A DNA stretch of 64,000 bases from Paraburkholderia sp. (GCF_036488795.1 NZ_DASXHA010000141.1:2825-66824), one strand, 5' to 3'. Shown: positions 51,821 through 64,000, numbered from the stretch's first letter. Numbers and translations: made by a program. Notes: a model not told the origin generated them from the letters alone.

Positions 51821-52702
51821 ATGATCGAAACGACCGATTCGCTGCGCGATTGCCCTGCGCCAGCGAAGCTCAATCTCTTCCTGCACATCACCGGCCGTCG
51901 CCCGGATGGTTATCACGCGCTCCAGACCGTCTTCCAGTTGCTCGACTGGGGTGACACGCTGCATTTCACCCGTCGCGCTGACGGCAGCATCACGCGTAGC
52001 ACCCACGTGCCGGATGTTCCGCCCGAACACGACCTGACCGTGCGCGCCGCGACCCTGCTGAAGACGCATACGGGCACCGCGCAAGGCGTGGATATCGAAA
52101 TCGACAAACGGCTGCCGATGGGCGCGGGTCTCGGCGGCGGCAGCTCCGACGCGGCCACCACGCTCCTCGCGCTCAACCGTCTGTGGAAGCTCGATCTGCC
52201 GCGCATCGAACTGCAGGAGCTGGCGCTGAAGCTCGGCGCGGATGTGCCATTTTTTGTTTTTGGAAAAAATGCGTTCGCAGAGGGTGTCGGAGAAGCATTA
52301 GAGGTTGTACAATTGCCGCCGCGTTATTTCCTGGTTGTGACGCCACGGGTTCATGTTCCAACTGCAGCGATTTTTTCCGAGAAATCGTTGACAAGAGATT
52401 CAAAACCCCTCACAATTACGGACTTTCTTGCACAACATAGTTGCAGCGCAGAATGGCCTGACAGTTTTGGCCGAAATGACATGCAGCCAGTTGTCGTGGG
52501 AAAATACGCGGAAGTTGCGCAGGTGCTTCGATGGTTTGATAACATCGCGCCGGCGCGGATGACCGGATCGGGTGCAAGCGTTTTTGCAGCGTTTCGTAGT
52601 CGCGGTGAAGCAGAGCTGGCGCAAGCCAAACTGCCCGGCGACTGGAACAGCGCAGTAACAGCAAGCCTGGATACGCATCCACTCTTTGCTTTCGCGTCAT
52701 AA
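51821..52702 (+). CDS. ispE: 4-diphosphocytidyl-2-C-methyl-D-erythritol kinase
   Basis: [43 protein letters not shown]. Confidence 0.97.
   Translation: MIETTDSLRDCPAPAKLNLFLHITGRRPDGYHALQTVFQLLDWGDTLHFTRRADGSITRSTHVPDVPPEHDLTVRAATLLKTHTGTAQGVDIEIDKRLPMGAGLGGGSSDAATTLLALNRLWKLDLPRIELQELALKLGADVPFFVFGKNAFAEGVGEALEVVQLPPRYFLVVTPRVHVPTAAIFSEKSLTRDSKPLTITDFLAQHSCSAEWPDSFGRNDMQPVVVGKYAEVAQVLRWFDNIAPARMTGSGASVFAAFRSRGEAELAQAKLPGDWNSAVTASLDTHPLFAFAS
52388..52416 (+). promoter_or_regulatory. Sigma-70 promoter candidate inside ispE (TTGACA-N17-CACAAT)
   Basis: Perfect -35 at 52388-52393 and 5/6 -10 at 52411-52416 in an AT-enriched part of ispE, upstream of tRNA-Gln/prs. Confidence 0.65.
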
Positions 52703-52754
52703 GTTTTGCATCGTCGAGCGGTCCTACACGCTCGGTGAAGCTCAAAGTTAGTGT

Positions 52755-52831
52755 AGGGGAGTCGCCAAGTTGGTTAAGGCACCGGATTTTGATTCCGGCA
52801 TTCGAGGGTTCGAGTCCTTCCTCCCCTGCCA
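52755..52831 (+). tRNA. tRNA-Gln(TTG)
   Basis: Acceptor stem AGGGGAG/CTCCCCT, anticodon arm CCGGA-TTTTGAT-TCCGG, GGTTCGAGTCC T-arm, encoded CCA. Confidence 0.98.
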
Positions 52832-52873
52832 AAAATTCTCGCATTTCCTCGCCCCCCAGCCTGAAGCAGGTGC

Positions 52874-53833
52874 ATGATGAGCAGCCATGACGGCCTGATG
52901 GTTTTTACTGGCAACGCAAATCCGGCGCTTGCACAAGAAGTCGTAAAAATCCTCGGTATTCCCCTCGGCAAAGCAATGGTCAGCCGTTTCTCGGACGGCG
53001 AAATCCAGGTCGAGATTCAGGAAAACGTACGTGGCAAGGATGTCTTCGTCCTGCAGTCCACCTGCGCACCGGCGAACGACAACTTGATGGAACTGATGAT
53101 CATGGTCGACGCGCTCAAGCGCGCATCCGCCGGCCGGATCACTGCAGCCATTCCCTACTTCGGCTATGCCCGTCAAGATCGACGCCCGCGTTCGGCGCGC
53201 GTCGCCATCTCGGCGAAGGTCGTGGCGAACATGCTGGAAATCGCCGGTGTCGAGCGGATCATCACGATGGATCTGCACGCTGACCAGATTCAAGGTTTCT
53301 TCGACATTCCGGTCGACAACATCTACGCAACGCCCGTGCTGCTTGGCGACCTTCGCAAGCAGAATCACGAGAACCTGCTGGTCGTGTCGCCGGACGTCGG
53401 CGGCGTGGTCCGCGCCCGTGCACTGGCAAAGCAGCTGAACTGCGATCTCGCCATCATCGACAAGCGCCGCCCCAAGGCGAATGTCGCTGAAGTGATGAAC
53501 ATCATCGGTGAAGTCGAAGGCCGTACCTGCGTGATCATGGACGACATGGTCGACACCGCGGGCACGCTCTGCAAGGCCGCTCAAGTGCTGAAGGAACGCG
53601 GTGCAACCAAGGTGTTCGCGTATGCGACGCACCCGGTGCTGTCGGGCGGTGCCGGCGAGCGTATCGCCGCGTCGGCTCTGGACGAGCTGGTTGTGACCGA
53701 TACGATCCCGCTCGGCGAAGAAGCTCGCTCGTGCGCCAAGATCCGCTCGTTGACGAGCGCCGGTCTGCTGGCCGAAACGTTCTCGCGCATCCGCCGCGGC
53801 GATTCGGTCATGTCGCTGTTTGCAGAAAGTTAA
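52874..53833 (+). CDS. prs: Ribose-phosphate pyrophosphokinase
   Basis: [39 protein letters not shown]. Confidence 0.99.
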   Translation: MMSSHDGLMVFTGNANPALAQEVVKILGIPLGKAMVSRFSDGEIQVEIQENVRGKDVFVLQSTCAPANDNLMELMIMVDALKRASAGRITAAIPYFGYARQDRRPRSARVAISAKVVANMLEIAGVERIITMDLHADQIQGFFDIPVDNIYATPVLLGDLRKQNHENLLVVSPDVGGVVRARALAKQLNCDLAIIDKRRPKANVAEVMNIIGEVEGRTCVIMDDMVDTAGTLCKAAQVLKERGATKVFAYATHPVLSGGAGERIAASALDELVVTDTIPLGEEARSCAKIRSLTSAGLLAETFSRIRRGDSVMSLFAES

Positions 53834-53952
53834 GTATTTGCGAAGGCGCAGCGTGATTCACGTTGCGCTTTTGCACAATCGGCATGAACGAACGAAGGTT
53901 CGTGTCGTCGAGTCTGGGGCCTCAGCCAGAATGGCGTGAAGGCCCCGTTTTT

Positions 53953-53972
53953 ACTGCCTGGTCGCGGGCAGT
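53953..53972 (+). promoter_or_regulatory. rplY leader hairpin (possible L25 autoregulatory element)
   Basis: ACTGCC-T-GGTCGC-G-GGCAGT just before the GGAG RBS of rplY. Confidence 0.5.
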
Positions 53973-53988
53973 GCATTGGAGATTCAAG

Positions 53989-54612
53989 ATGAAAGTAGTC
54001 GCTTTCGAGCGTTCCCTGCAAGGTACGGGTGCGAGCCGCCGCCTGCGTATTTCCGGCAAGACGCCGGCAATCGTTTATGGCGCTGGTGCTGAACCGCAAA
54101 TGATCGAACTCGATCACAACGCGTTGTGGCACGCCCTGAAGAAAGAAGTTTTCCACTCGTCGATCCTCGATCTGGAAATTGGCGGCAAGTCGCAACAGGT
54201 TCTGCTGCGCGACGTGCAATACCATCCGTTCCGTCAGCTCGTGCTGCACGTGGACTTCCAGCGCGTCGACGCCACGAAGAAGCTGCACACCAAGGTACCG
54301 CTGCACTTCATGAACCAGGAAACCAACCCGGCCGTCAAGCTGTCGGGCGCGGTGATCTCGCACGTTCTGAACGAAATCGAAATCGAGTGCCTGCCGTCAG
54401 CACTGCCGGAATTCCTCGAAGTCGACCTCGCGAAGATCGAAGCGGGTCACACAATGCACGCCAAGGACATCGTCCTGCCGGCAGGCGTTGCCCTGGTTGC
54501 ACACGTTGAAGCTGAAAACCCGGTTATCGCTTCGGCGACGATCCCGGCTGGTGCGGTCGCTGAAGGCGACGCTGCCGCTGCTGCAGGCGAAGGCGAAACG
54601 CCGGCTGCGTAA
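53989..54612 (+). CDS. rplY: 50S ribosomal protein L25 (long, Ctc-type)
   Basis: [19 protein letters not shown]...HVDFQRV, with C-terminal domain. Confidence 0.98.
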   Translation: MKVVAFERSLQGTGASRRLRISGKTPAIVYGAGAEPQMIELDHNALWHALKKEVFHSSILDLEIGGKSQQVLLRDVQYHPFRQLVLHVDFQRVDATKKLHTKVPLHFMNQETNPAVKLSGAVISHVLNEIEIECLPSALPEFLEVDLAKIEAGHTMHAKDIVLPAGVALVAHVEAENPVIASATIPAGAVAEGDAAAAAGEGETPAA

Positions 54613-54663
54613 GCTGCACAGCGAGTAATCCTCTCGATCCGTTTCAATGGAACGGACGATGTG

Positions 54664-54696
54664 ACCCGCCGCGGTTCGCCCCGGCGGGTTTTTTTT
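54664..54696 (+). terminator. Intrinsic terminator after rplY
   Basis: ACCCGCCG/CGGCGGGT stem followed by a T-run. Confidence 0.85.
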
Positions 54697-54742
54697 CGGT
54701 TTTTTTCTGGTCGCGTGGTCCGCCGCCGACCTGCATCCAATC

Positions 54743-55345
54743 ATGATCAAGCTGATCGTGGGGCTCGGCAACCCGGGCGCCGAATACACTGCGACGCGTC
54801 ACAACGCCGGTTTCTGGCTGGTGGATCAACTGGCGCGCGAAGCGGGCACGACCCTGCGCGACGAGCGCCGCTTTCACGGCTTCTATGCAAAGGCGCGTCT
54901 GCACGGCGAAGAAGTACATCTGCTGGAGCCGCAAACCTACATGAACCGCTCGGGTCAGTCGGTCGTCGCGCTCGCGCATTTCTTCAAGATCCTGCCCGAT
55001 CAGATTCTCGTCGCCCACGACGAACTGGATTTGCCGCCCGGCAGCGTCAAGCTGAAGCTTGGCGGCGGCAGCGGCGGTCATAATGGCTTGAAGGACATTT
55101 CCGCGCATCTGTCGTCGCAGCAGTATTGGCGGCTGCGGATCGGCATTGGCCATCCGCGCGACCTGATTCCCGAGGCCGCGCGCGCCGGCGCGAAGCCGGA
55201 CGTCGCCAACTACGTGCTGAAGCCGCCGCGCCGTGAAGAACAGGACGTGATCGATGCGTCGATCGAGCGCGCGCTCGTGCAGATGCCGCTCGTCGTCAAG
55301 GGCGAGATGGAGCGCGCGATGATGCAGCTGCATCGCAATGCCTGA
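54743..55345 (+). CDS. pth: Peptidyl-tRNA hydrolase
   Basis: GLGNPG, TRHNAGF, TYMNRSG, HDELD, GGHNGLK. Confidence 0.98.
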   Translation: MIKLIVGLGNPGAEYTATRHNAGFWLVDQLAREAGTTLRDERRFHGFYAKARLHGEEVHLLEPQTYMNRSGQSVVALAHFFKILPDQILVAHDELDLPPGSVKLKLGGGSGGHNGLKDISAHLSSQQYWRLRIGIGHPRDLIPEAARAGAKPDVANYVLKPPRREEQDVIDASIERALVQMPLVVKGEMERAMMQLHRNA

Positions 55346-56426
55346 GGAGGCCCAGTTGAGCCGCTACTGGAGTGACATCGTTCATCGTCTGACGCCGTAT
55401 GTGCCGGGCGAACAACCCGCGCTGGCCCATCCGGTCAAGCTCAATACCAACGAGAACCCGTATCCGCCGTCGCCGCGTGTGCTGGAGGCGATTCGCCGCG
55501 AGCTGGGCGATCACGCGGAATCGTTGCGGCGCTATCCGGACCCGACCGCGCGCAAGCTGCGCGAGACGGTCGCCGCGCATCATGGCATCCGCGCTGAGCA
55601 GGTGTTCGCAGGCAACGGTTCGGACGAGGTGCTGGCGCTCGCCTTCCAGGCGCTCCTGAAGCACGACAAGCCGATTCTGTTTCCGGATATCACGTACAGC
55701 TTCTACCCGACCTACGCGCGGCTCTTCGAAGTCGAGTACCAAACCATTCCCTTAGATGACGCGTTCGCGATCCGCGTCGACGACTACGCACTGCCCAACG
55801 GCGGCGTGCTGCTGCCGAATCCGAATGCGCCGACCGGTCACCCTCTGCCGCTCGCCGAAATTGAGCGGCTAGTGGCCGCACATTCGGACTCGGCGGTCGT
55901 GATCGACGAAGCGTATGTGGATTTCGGCGCGCAGTCTGCGATTGCCCTGATCGACCGCTATCCGAATCTGCTGGTGGTGCAGACTGTCTCGAAGTCGCGC
56001 TCGCTGGCGGGCATGCGGGTGGGCTTTGCGTTTGGGAATGCCGATCTGATCGACGCGTTGACCCGCGTGAAGGACAGCTTCAACTCGTACCCGCTAGATC
56101 GGCTCGCGCAAGCGGCCGCAGCCGCCGCCTATGAAGACGACGCGTGGTTCCGCGACACCTGCGCCAAGGTCGTTGCGAGCCGCGAGCGACTGTCGGCGGG
56201 ACTGGGCGCGCTCGGCTTCGACGTGGTGCCGTCGGGAGCGAACTTCGTATTCGCCCGCCACCGGGGCCACGATGCGGCCACACTCGCCGCGCGGCTTCGG
56301 GACAAGGAAATCTTCGTGCGCCATTTCAAGGCGCCGCGCGTGGATCAGCATCTACGCATCTCGATCGGCACCGAAGCCGAATGCGACACGCTGCTTCAAG
56401 CATTGCAGGATATTCTGCGCGCGTAA
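55338..56426 (+). CDS. hisC: Histidinol-phosphate aminotransferase-like PLP enzyme
   Basis: [49 protein letters not shown]; start may be TTG 55356. Confidence 0.85.
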   Translation: MPEEAQLSRYWSDIVHRLTPYVPGEQPALAHPVKLNTNENPYPPSPRVLEAIRRELGDHAESLRRYPDPTARKLRETVAAHHGIRAEQVFAGNGSDEVLALAFQALLKHDKPILFPDITYSFYPTYARLFEVEYQTIPLDDAFAIRVDDYALPNGGVLLPNPNAPTGHPLPLAEIERLVAAHSDSAVVIDEAYVDFGAQSAIALIDRYPNLLVVQTVSKSRSLAGMRVGFAFGNADLIDALTRVKDSFNSYPLDRLAQAAAAAAYEDDAWFRDTCAKVVASRERLSAGLGALGFDVVPSGANFVFARHRGHDAATLAARLRDKEIFVRHFKAPRVDQHLRISIGTEAECDTLLQALQDILRA

Positions 56427-56514
56427 GCGGGATAACCCGGCGGGAACAAACAGAATCAGACGGTCAGGACGAGGCTCACGATGGGCCTCGCCAACCTGCG
56501 CCAACGCCGATCAA

Positions 56515-56784
<270 letters not shown>

Positions 56785-56837
56785 TCACGCCGGCATACCG
56801 CCGGCTGTCAATCCGTCAATCCGACAGTTTACGCCGG

Positions 56838-57350
56838 TTAGGGCTGCTTCGCCGGACCGTCCTCCTGGCCGAGCAGGGCAACCTTGTCCTTCAGCCATTT
56901 CTCGACGGACGGGAAGACAAATTTGCTGACATCGCCGCCCAGTTGCGCAATTTCGCGCACGATAGTGCCCGAAATGAACTGGTACTGATCGGACGGCGTC
57001 ATGAACATGGTTTCGACGTCCGGCAGCAGGTAGCGGTTCATGCCGGCCATCTGGAACTCATATTCGAAGTCCGACACGGCGCGCAGGCCACGCACGATCA
57101 CGCGGGCATTGTTGGTGCGCACGAAATCCTTCAAGAGGCCCTTGAAGCTCATCACCTGCACGTTTGGATAGTGACCGAGCACTTCGTGAGCGATGTCGAG
57201 GCGCTCTTCGAGTGTGAAAAACGGCTTTTTGTTACGGCTATCCGCTACGCCGACCACCAGCGTGTCGAAAATGCTCGACGCGCGCCGGACGAGGTCTTCG
57301 TGACCGCGCGTCAGCGGGTCAAAGGTACCCGGGTACACGGCGACTACCAT
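56838..57350 (-). CDS. coaD: Phosphopantetheine adenylyltransferase
   Basis: [24 protein letters not shown]. Confidence 0.98.
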   Translation of the reverse strand: MVVAVYPGTFDPLTRGHEDLVRRASSIFDTLVVGVADSRNKKPFFTLEERLDIAHEVLGHYPNVQVMSFKGLLKDFVRTNNARVIVRGLRAVSDFEYEFQMAGMNRYLLPDVETMFMTPSDQYQFISGTIVREIAQLGGDVSKFVFPSVEKWLKDKVALLGQEDGPAKQP

Positions 57351-57464
57351 GAGACTTCTCCTGTCTTCAGACGAAAGGGCACGTCAAGCGCGCCCGCTGG
57401 ACGCGTTTGCCGCCGCTCGCGCACGTGACGGCTGGCCGTCCGGGCGCCTGTTTTAGAACGCGCA

Positions 57465-58079
57465 TTATTCCTCATTTTCGCGCTGCAGCAAATGATAGTG
57501 GACCGCCCCAGCCTTTCCCTGACGGACCATGCTCCAGCCCGCCAGCGCGGGCGTCTGCGCGATGTCGAGTGCGTCGCCCGCTTCGACGTAGAGGAAACCT
57601 TCGGCGCTCACGAGCGGCGCCGCCAGCTCCAGCGCGCGCGCCAGCAGATCGGAGTCGAACGGCGGGTCGAGGAACACGACGTCGAACGAACCCGGGGCGA
57701 GGCTTGCTGCAAGGCGCAGCGCGTCGGCCTCGGCAATTTCAATGGTATTAGGCAGCAGGCGCGCCTGATTGGCGCGCAACTGGCCGGCCGCCCGCGAATT
57801 GCGCTCGACCATCAACACCCGCGCCGCGCCGCGCGACGCAGCCTCGAAGCCGAGTGCGCCGCTGCCGGCGAACAGATCGAGACAGCGCAGGCCGTCCAGA
57901 CGCTGTCCGAGCCAGTTGAAGAGCGTCTCGCGCACGCGGTCGGGCGTGGGCCGCAAACCGTCGAGGTCGAGCACCGGCAGCGGCGTACGCTTCCAGTCAC
58001 CGCCGATGATGCGGATTGCGTGCGGTTTGCCGCGGCCAGAGGGAGCGCTGCGCGCGCGGGAAGGAGAAGAACTGGGCAT
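57465..58079 (-). CDS. rsmD: 16S rRNA m2G966 methyltransferase
   Basis: IRIIGG, LRPTPDRVRETLFNWL, LDLFAGSGALG, DPPF. Confidence 0.96.
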   Translation of the reverse strand: MPSSSPSRARSAPSGRGKPHAIRIIGGDWKRTPLPVLDLDGLRPTPDRVRETLFNWLGQRLDGLRCLDLFAGSGALGFEAASRGAARVLMVERNSRAAGQLRANQARLLPNTIEIAEADALRLAASLAPGSFDVVFLDPPFDSDLLARALELAAPLVSAEGFLYVEAGDALDIAQTPALAGWSMVRQGKAGAVHYHLLQRENEE

Positions 58080-58357
58080 GCAGATTCGAACGGTAGACAG
58101 TGTGCCCGCGGCGCGTTGCTGCACGCGGGTAGGAGCGCCAACGTTACCACACGGGGGCGATCAGGCTCAGTGGGGCCTGACCTGGCCAGCCGGCTATTGC
58201 GACGCCGTTAGCCATGCCTTTGAGCGACGCCCTTAGGCATGCCTGATAAAATGACGGCCTTCCAGCGCCTTGCATCCCGCATTGCCACGCTGCCTGCCGC
58301 TGCCCCCGGACAACCACCGGCTGCGCGCACCGGCGCTCGCTCTCACCACGCCAGATC

Positions 58358-59509
58358 ATGTTCAGCTTTTTCAAACGATTGAAGGGTTCGAAAGGGCCCG
58401 ACGCAGCGCCGGAAGACCAGCAGGCGGCGCAGGAATCCGCCGCGCCGGCCGCCGTCGACGCGCCTGTGCAGATGCCGCCGGCGGTGCCCAAGGCGTCCGC
58501 CGTGGCCGCCGCGCCGGCCACGTCCGCTTACGCCGAGCCTCAGCAGCCGGACGACAGCGCGCTCGAAACCGTCGAAATCGTGCCGCCGCCCGTCCCCGAA
58601 GCCACGGCCAGGAAATCCTGGCTGACCCGGCTAAAGAGCGGCCTGTCGAAGACCAGTTCGAACATCACGGGTATCTTCATCGGCGCCAAGATCGACGAAG
58701 ATCTGTATGAAGAGCTCGAAACCGCCCTGCTGATGTCCGATGCGGGCGTCGAAGCCACGGAATTCCTGCTCGAAGCGCTGCGCGAAAAAGTACGCGCCGA
58801 ACGCCTCACGGATCCGCAGCAGGTGAAAGCCGCGCTGCGCACGCTGTTGATCGACCTGCTCAAGCCGCTCGAAAAGTCCCTGATGCTGGGCCGCGCCCAG
58901 CCGCTCGTGGTGATGATCGCCGGCGTGAACGGTGCCGGCAAAACCACCAGCATCGGCAAGCTCGCGAAGCATCTCCAAAGCTTCGACCAGTCGGTCTTGC
59001 TGGCCGCCGGCGACACGTTCCGGGCCGCCGCGCGCGAACAGCTCGCCATCTGGGGCCAGCGCAACAACGTGACGGCCGTCTCGCAGGAAAGCGGCGACCC
59101 GGCTGCGGTGATCTTCGACGCAGTCGGCGCAGCGCGCGCGCGCAAGATCGACGTGTTGATGGCCGACACCGCCGGCCGTCTGCCGACGCAGTTGCATCTG
59201 ATGGAAGAACTGCGCAAGGTGAAACGCGTGATCGGCAAAGCCATGGACGGCGCGCCGCACGAAGTGCTGCTCGTCATCGACGCGAACACCGGGCAAAACG
59301 CGCTCACCCAGGTGAAAGCGTTCGACGACGCGTTGGGCCTGACCGGCCTGATCGTCACCAAGCTCGACGGTACGGCCAAAGGCGGCATTCTTGCCGCGAT
59401 TGCGCGGCAACGTCCGGTGCCGGTGTATTTCATCGGCGTCGGCGAAAAGGTCGAGGATCTGCAGCCGTTCAGCGCCGAAGAGTTTTCGGATGCCTTGCTC
59501 GGCAGCTAG
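58358..59509 (+). CDS. ftsY: SRP receptor FtsY
   Basis: GVNGAGKTT, DTFRAAA, DTAGR, TKLDGTAKGG. Confidence 0.98.
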   Translation: MFSFFKRLKGSKGPDAAPEDQQAAQESAAPAAVDAPVQMPPAVPKASAVAAAPATSAYAEPQQPDDSALETVEIVPPPVPEATARKSWLTRLKSGLSKTSSNITGIFIGAKIDEDLYEELETALLMSDAGVEATEFLLEALREKVRAERLTDPQQVKAALRTLLIDLLKPLEKSLMLGRAQPLVVMIAGVNGAGKTTSIGKLAKHLQSFDQSVLLAAGDTFRAAAREQLAIWGQRNNVTAVSQESGDPAAVIFDAVGAARARKIDVLMADTAGRLPTQLHLMEELRKVKRVIGKAMDGAPHEVLLVIDANTGQNALTQVKAFDDALGLTGLIVTKLDGTAKGGILAAIARQRPVPVYFIGVGEKVEDLQPFSAEEFSDALLGS

Positions 59510-59545
59510 GCGTAAACCGCTAACCCGAAGCGCACAGCGCGCAAA

Positions 59546-59578
59546 CAAAGGGCGCCCCATGCACGGGGGCGCCTTTTG
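59546..59578. terminator. Terminator between convergent ftsY and maiA
   Basis: CAAAGGGCGCCCC/GGGGCGCCTTTTG stem. Confidence 0.75.
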
Positions 59579-59626
59579 CGCTTTTCAGCCAGACCCACCG
59601 CCTGACCACTCACGTAAGACCCAGCC

Positions 59627-60271
59627 TCATTCAGCATCCGGCTGCACGCCAGGCGCAGCCCGCGCGAAGGCATCCATCTGCGACGCGTAATCGTTGATCC
59701 GCTGGATGGTCGGAAACGGCGCCAGATCGATCTTGAAGCGTTGCGCGTTGAACACCTGCGGCACGAGACACGCATCGGCCAGCGTCGGCGTGTCGCCGAA
59801 ACACAGCTTGCCGGTGCGCGAATCGCTCGCCAGATGTTCTTCGAGCGTCGCAAAGCCGCACTCCACCCAATGCCGGTACCACGCATCCTTCGCCGCGTCG
59901 TCCACTCCCAGCGTGTGCTTAAGATATTTCAGCACGCGCAGGTTGTTCAAGGGATGAATCTCGCAAGCGATCTGCAGCGCCGCCGAACGCACATAGGCGC
60001 GATCGGCAGGCGCCTTCGGCAACAGCGGCGGCTCGGGATGGGTTTCTTCCAGATACTCGATGATGGCCAGCGACTGCTGCATCACGTGGTCGCCATCGAT
60101 ACACGTGGGCAGGATCGCATCCGGGTTGAGCTTGCGATACTCGGGCTTGAGCTGCTCGCCACCGTCGCGCAACAAATGAACCGGCGCGTAGTCGTACGGC
60201 AGATTCTTCAGATTCAGCGCAATGCGTACCCGATACGCCGCCGAGCTACGAAAATAGCTGTAAAGCTTCAT
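59627..60271 (-). CDS. maiA: Maleylacetoacetate/maleylpyruvate isomerase (zeta-class GST)
   Basis: LYSYFRSSAAYRVRIALNLK, IACEIHPLNNLRVL, QPDAE. Confidence 0.93.
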   Translation of the reverse strand: MKLYSYFRSSAAYRVRIALNLKNLPYDYAPVHLLRDGGEQLKPEYRKLNPDAILPTCIDGDHVMQQSLAIIEYLEETHPEPPLLPKAPADRAYVRSAALQIACEIHPLNNLRVLKYLKHTLGVDDAAKDAWYRHWVECGFATLEEHLASDSRTGKLCFGDTPTLADACLVPQVFNAQRFKIDLAPFPTIQRINDYASQMDAFARAAPGVQPDAE

Positions 60272-60315
60272 GCCTGGGTGTCTCCTCCCGTCGCACTCGG
60301 AATAGGGTTCTGGAC

Positions 60316-61014
60316 TTAGACGACGCGCACGTTCAGCTCACCCAGTCCATCCACACCACCCTTCATCAGATCGCCCTTGACCACGGCGCCCACGCCTTCG
60401 GGCGTGCCCGTGAAGATCAGGTCGCCGGGATGCAGTTCGAACAACGTCGACAGATAAGCGATCGTCTCCGCCACCGACCAGATCAGTTGCGAGACATCGG
60501 AGCGCTGCTTTTCCTCACCGTTGACGCTCAGCCAGATCGCGCCTTGCGCCACTTGACCCACGGCCGACACCGGATGGATCGGGCCGAGCGGCGCCGAGTG
60601 ATCGAAGCCCTTCGCCGTATCCCACGGGCGGCCAAGCTTTTTGGCTTCAGCCTGCAGGTCGCGGCGCGTCATATCGAGACCCAGCGCGTAACCGTAGACG
60701 TGCTCCAGCGCCTCATCGACCGGAATGTTCTTGCCGGCCTTGCCGATGGCCGCGACCAGTTCCATTTCGAAGTGCACGTTCTTCGATTGCGGCGGATACG
60801 GGAATTCGCCCGTCGCGCCCGGCGCCACGTACACGACCGCGTCAGCCGGCTTGCTGAAGAAGAACGGCGGTTCGCGGTCCGGGTCATGGCCCATTTCACG
60901 CGCATGAGCCTCGTAATTCCGGCCCACACAGTAGATGCGACGCACCGCGAATTGATCGCCGGACCCGACGACCGGCACCGCGACGACCGGCGCGGGAGCA
61001 AACACGTAACTCAT
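60316..61014 (-). CDS. Fumarylacetoacetate hydrolase-family protein (fumarylpyruvate hydrolase-like)
   Basis: [45 protein letters not shown]. Confidence 0.92.
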   Translation of the reverse strand: MSYVFAPAPVVAVPVVGSGDQFAVRRIYCVGRNYEAHAREMGHDPDREPPFFFSKPADAVVYVAPGATGEFPYPPQSKNVHFEMELVAAIGKAGKNIPVDEALEHVYGYALGLDMTRRDLQAEAKKLGRPWDTAKGFDHSAPLGPIHPVSAVGQVAQGAIWLSVNGEEKQRSDVSQLIWSVAETIAYLSTLFELHPGDLIFTGTPEGVGAVVKGDLMKGGVDGLGELNVRVV

Positions 61015-61307
61015 CCCGTTCTCCATCCTTATGAATAAGCACCGCGAGCGCGGCAAGAAAGCATCGAGTTTAACGCGCCGGTAAAAGCGGCGTGCGCGGC
61101 GGCCGCAGCCGGGTGTCGCAGCGCATCCGCGCGGCAGTCCGGTCCTCCTCGCCGACCATGAACACGCGAGGCCGCTGCGGCCAACTTGCAAGATCGCAGC
61201 AGATGCGATACTCCGTACAGGAGCCATTGTTTTCGTTTGTGTGGTCCTTTGAACACCCCTGGCCGCCCGCTTCAGGCGGCGCGCCATCAAGCCCCGAATA
61301 CAGTCCG

Positions 61308-62282
61308 ATGACCGAATCAGCCGACACCGCCTCCTCCGTCTTCCCGTGCGCCCGCTTTATCAAGGAGATCGGCCGGGGGCCCAACGGCGCCCGCGCGCTG
61401 ACGCCCGAGGACACCCATACGCTGTATAGCGCGATGCTGGATGGCCGCGTCGGCGATCTGGAACTGGGCGCGATCTTGCTGGCGTACCGGGTCAAAGGCG
61501 AAAGCGCCGATGAACTCGCCGCCATGCTGGCCGCCGCCCGCGCGTCGTTCGAGCCCATTCACGTTGCTCAAGGGCCCTATCGCCCGGTTTCCATTCCAAG
61601 CTACAACGGCGCGCGCAAGCAGCCGAATCTGGTGCCGTTGCTCGCGCTGCTGCTGGCCCGCGAGGGTGTGCCGGTGCTGGTGCACGGTGTCACGGAAGAC
61701 CCCGGACGAGTCACCAGCGCGGAAATTTTCACGCATCTGCAGATCTCGCACGCGCAAACGCACGCGCATATCGAAGACAGCCTGGCCGCGCGCCGCCTGG
61801 CGTTCGCGCCGATCGCCACCCTCGCGCCCAAGCTTGCCAGGCTGCTGGCGCTGAGGCGTCGGATGGGCGTGCGCAACTCCACCCATACGCTCGTCAAGAT
61901 CCTGCAGCCGTTCGCGCCGCCGGGCCTGAGGCTCGTGAACTACACGCATCCTCCGTATCGCGAGAGCCTCACGCAACTGTTCAGCACCCATCCCGATGCA
62001 GCCGAGGGCGGCGCGCTGCTGGCACGCGGCACCGAGGGCGAAGCGGTCGCCGACACGCGCCGTCAGGTGCAGATCGACTGGCTGCATGACGGCATCTGCG
62101 AAACGCGGGTGGCAGCCGAGCGCTCGTCGGCGGATGCGCCCGAGGTCGAACTGCCGGAAGCGCGTGACGCCGCCACCACCGCGCTATGGATCGATGCCGT
62201 GATGCGTGGCGAGGCGCCCGTGCCGGGCGCGATCGAACGGCAAATCGAAGTAATCGTGGAGATCGCCAGAACGCCCGTGTGA
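61308..62282 (+). CDS. ybiB: DNA-binding protein YbiB (TrpD2 family)
   Basis: [41 protein letters not shown]. Confidence 0.9.
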   Translation: MTESADTASSVFPCARFIKEIGRGPNGARALTPEDTHTLYSAMLDGRVGDLELGAILLAYRVKGESADELAAMLAAARASFEPIHVAQGPYRPVSIPSYNGARKQPNLVPLLALLLAREGVPVLVHGVTEDPGRVTSAEIFTHLQISHAQTHAHIEDSLAARRLAFAPIATLAPKLARLLALRRRMGVRNSTHTLVKILQPFAPPGLRLVNYTHPPYRESLTQLFSTHPDAAEGGALLARGTEGEAVADTRRQVQIDWLHDGICETRVAAERSSADAPEVELPEARDAATTALWIDAVMRGEAPVPGAIERQIEVIVEIARTPV

Positions 62283-62349
62283 CCGGTTGTACGCCGGACT
62301 GGCAGCACGCACGCAGCTGCGCGCAACGGCGTATTGCGCGGATCGGCGG

Positions 62350-62379
62350 TTGACACACCCCGGTCCGCTCGAATACATT
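62350..62379 (+). promoter_or_regulatory. Sigma-70 promoter of the leuA leader (TTGACA-N18-TACATT)
   Basis: -35 at 62350-62355, -10 at 62374-62379; the expected start site coincides with the leader ATG at 62386. Confidence 0.65.
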
Positions 62380-62385
62380 CGTCCA

Positions 62386-62460
62386 ATGCGTTCCCTTCCG
62401 AACACCCTCCGAATTACCTCCGGCCGCCTCGCGCGGCCCCTATCGCTACGTCTAGCGTAA
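62386..62460 (+). CDS. Leucine-responsive leader peptide MRSLPNTLRITSGRLARPLSLRLA
   Basis: 24 codons, 6 Leu, the last three being CTA (62440, 62446, 62452) inside a hairpin; lies upstream of leuA. Confidence 0.75.
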   Translation: MRSLPNTLRITSGRLARPLSLRLA

Positions 62461-62697
62461 GCCAGGCGTAGCGCCGCGCGTTGCTGGTTTGCGCGGTCCT
62501 CAGAGCAGTCCCGCAGTTCTGTTTCACTCCAACTCGTAGTCCCTTCTACAACCTGTCAGTCGTCTGTATTCGTCCGTTTACCCTGCGGATGAATCGCGAG
62601 GGTCAAATGCACGTGACATGCGCATTCTTCATGGTCGTTACCGGCGTCATCATCGCCATGACGTCCTTTGTTCGCGCCCGTTCGCTAGTCCCGCTAG

Positions 62698-64000
<1,303 letters not shown>

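Noticed and set aside
52755-52873. tRNA-Gln as an island integration site
   Set aside because: Core ispE-tRNA-prs order is intact; no integrase or duplicated tRNA 3' end seen in the window.

Overview
GC-rich betaproteobacterial chromosomal DNA; gene content and order fit Paraburkholderia/Burkholderia (inference, no search run). Bases 1-26 kb are accessory-like. They hold a minus-strand signalling cluster (three RcsB/EvgA-like response regulators, a divergent aquaporin, and an EvgS/BvgS-type hybrid kinase running off the left edge) with repeated 14-bp RcsB-box-like palindromes. Next come a half-length MFS gene opposite a LysR regulator, a six-gene B-family (ba3-type) heme-copper oxidase operon carrying three c-type cytochromes (7 CxxCH motifs), an MCP, a DUF4239-like protein, a Leu/Phe/Val dehydrogenase with an Lrp regulator, and an oppABCDF peptide transporter. 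Bases 26-64 kb are core genome: ssb, uvrA, purU, apt, kdsD-kdsC-lptCAB-rpoN-hpf-ptsN-hprK-rapZ, mutM-mutY, lolB-ispE-tRNA-Gln-prs-rplY-pth, coaD, rsmD, ftsY, maiA, ybiB and a partial leuA. leuA is preceded by an unannotated, apparently leaderless Leu-rich attenuator peptide. No mobile element, prophage or CRISPR array was seen. Best candidates for undescribed biology: the aquaporin/triple-regulator/kinase module, the multi-heme ba3 oxidase operon, and the leuA leader.
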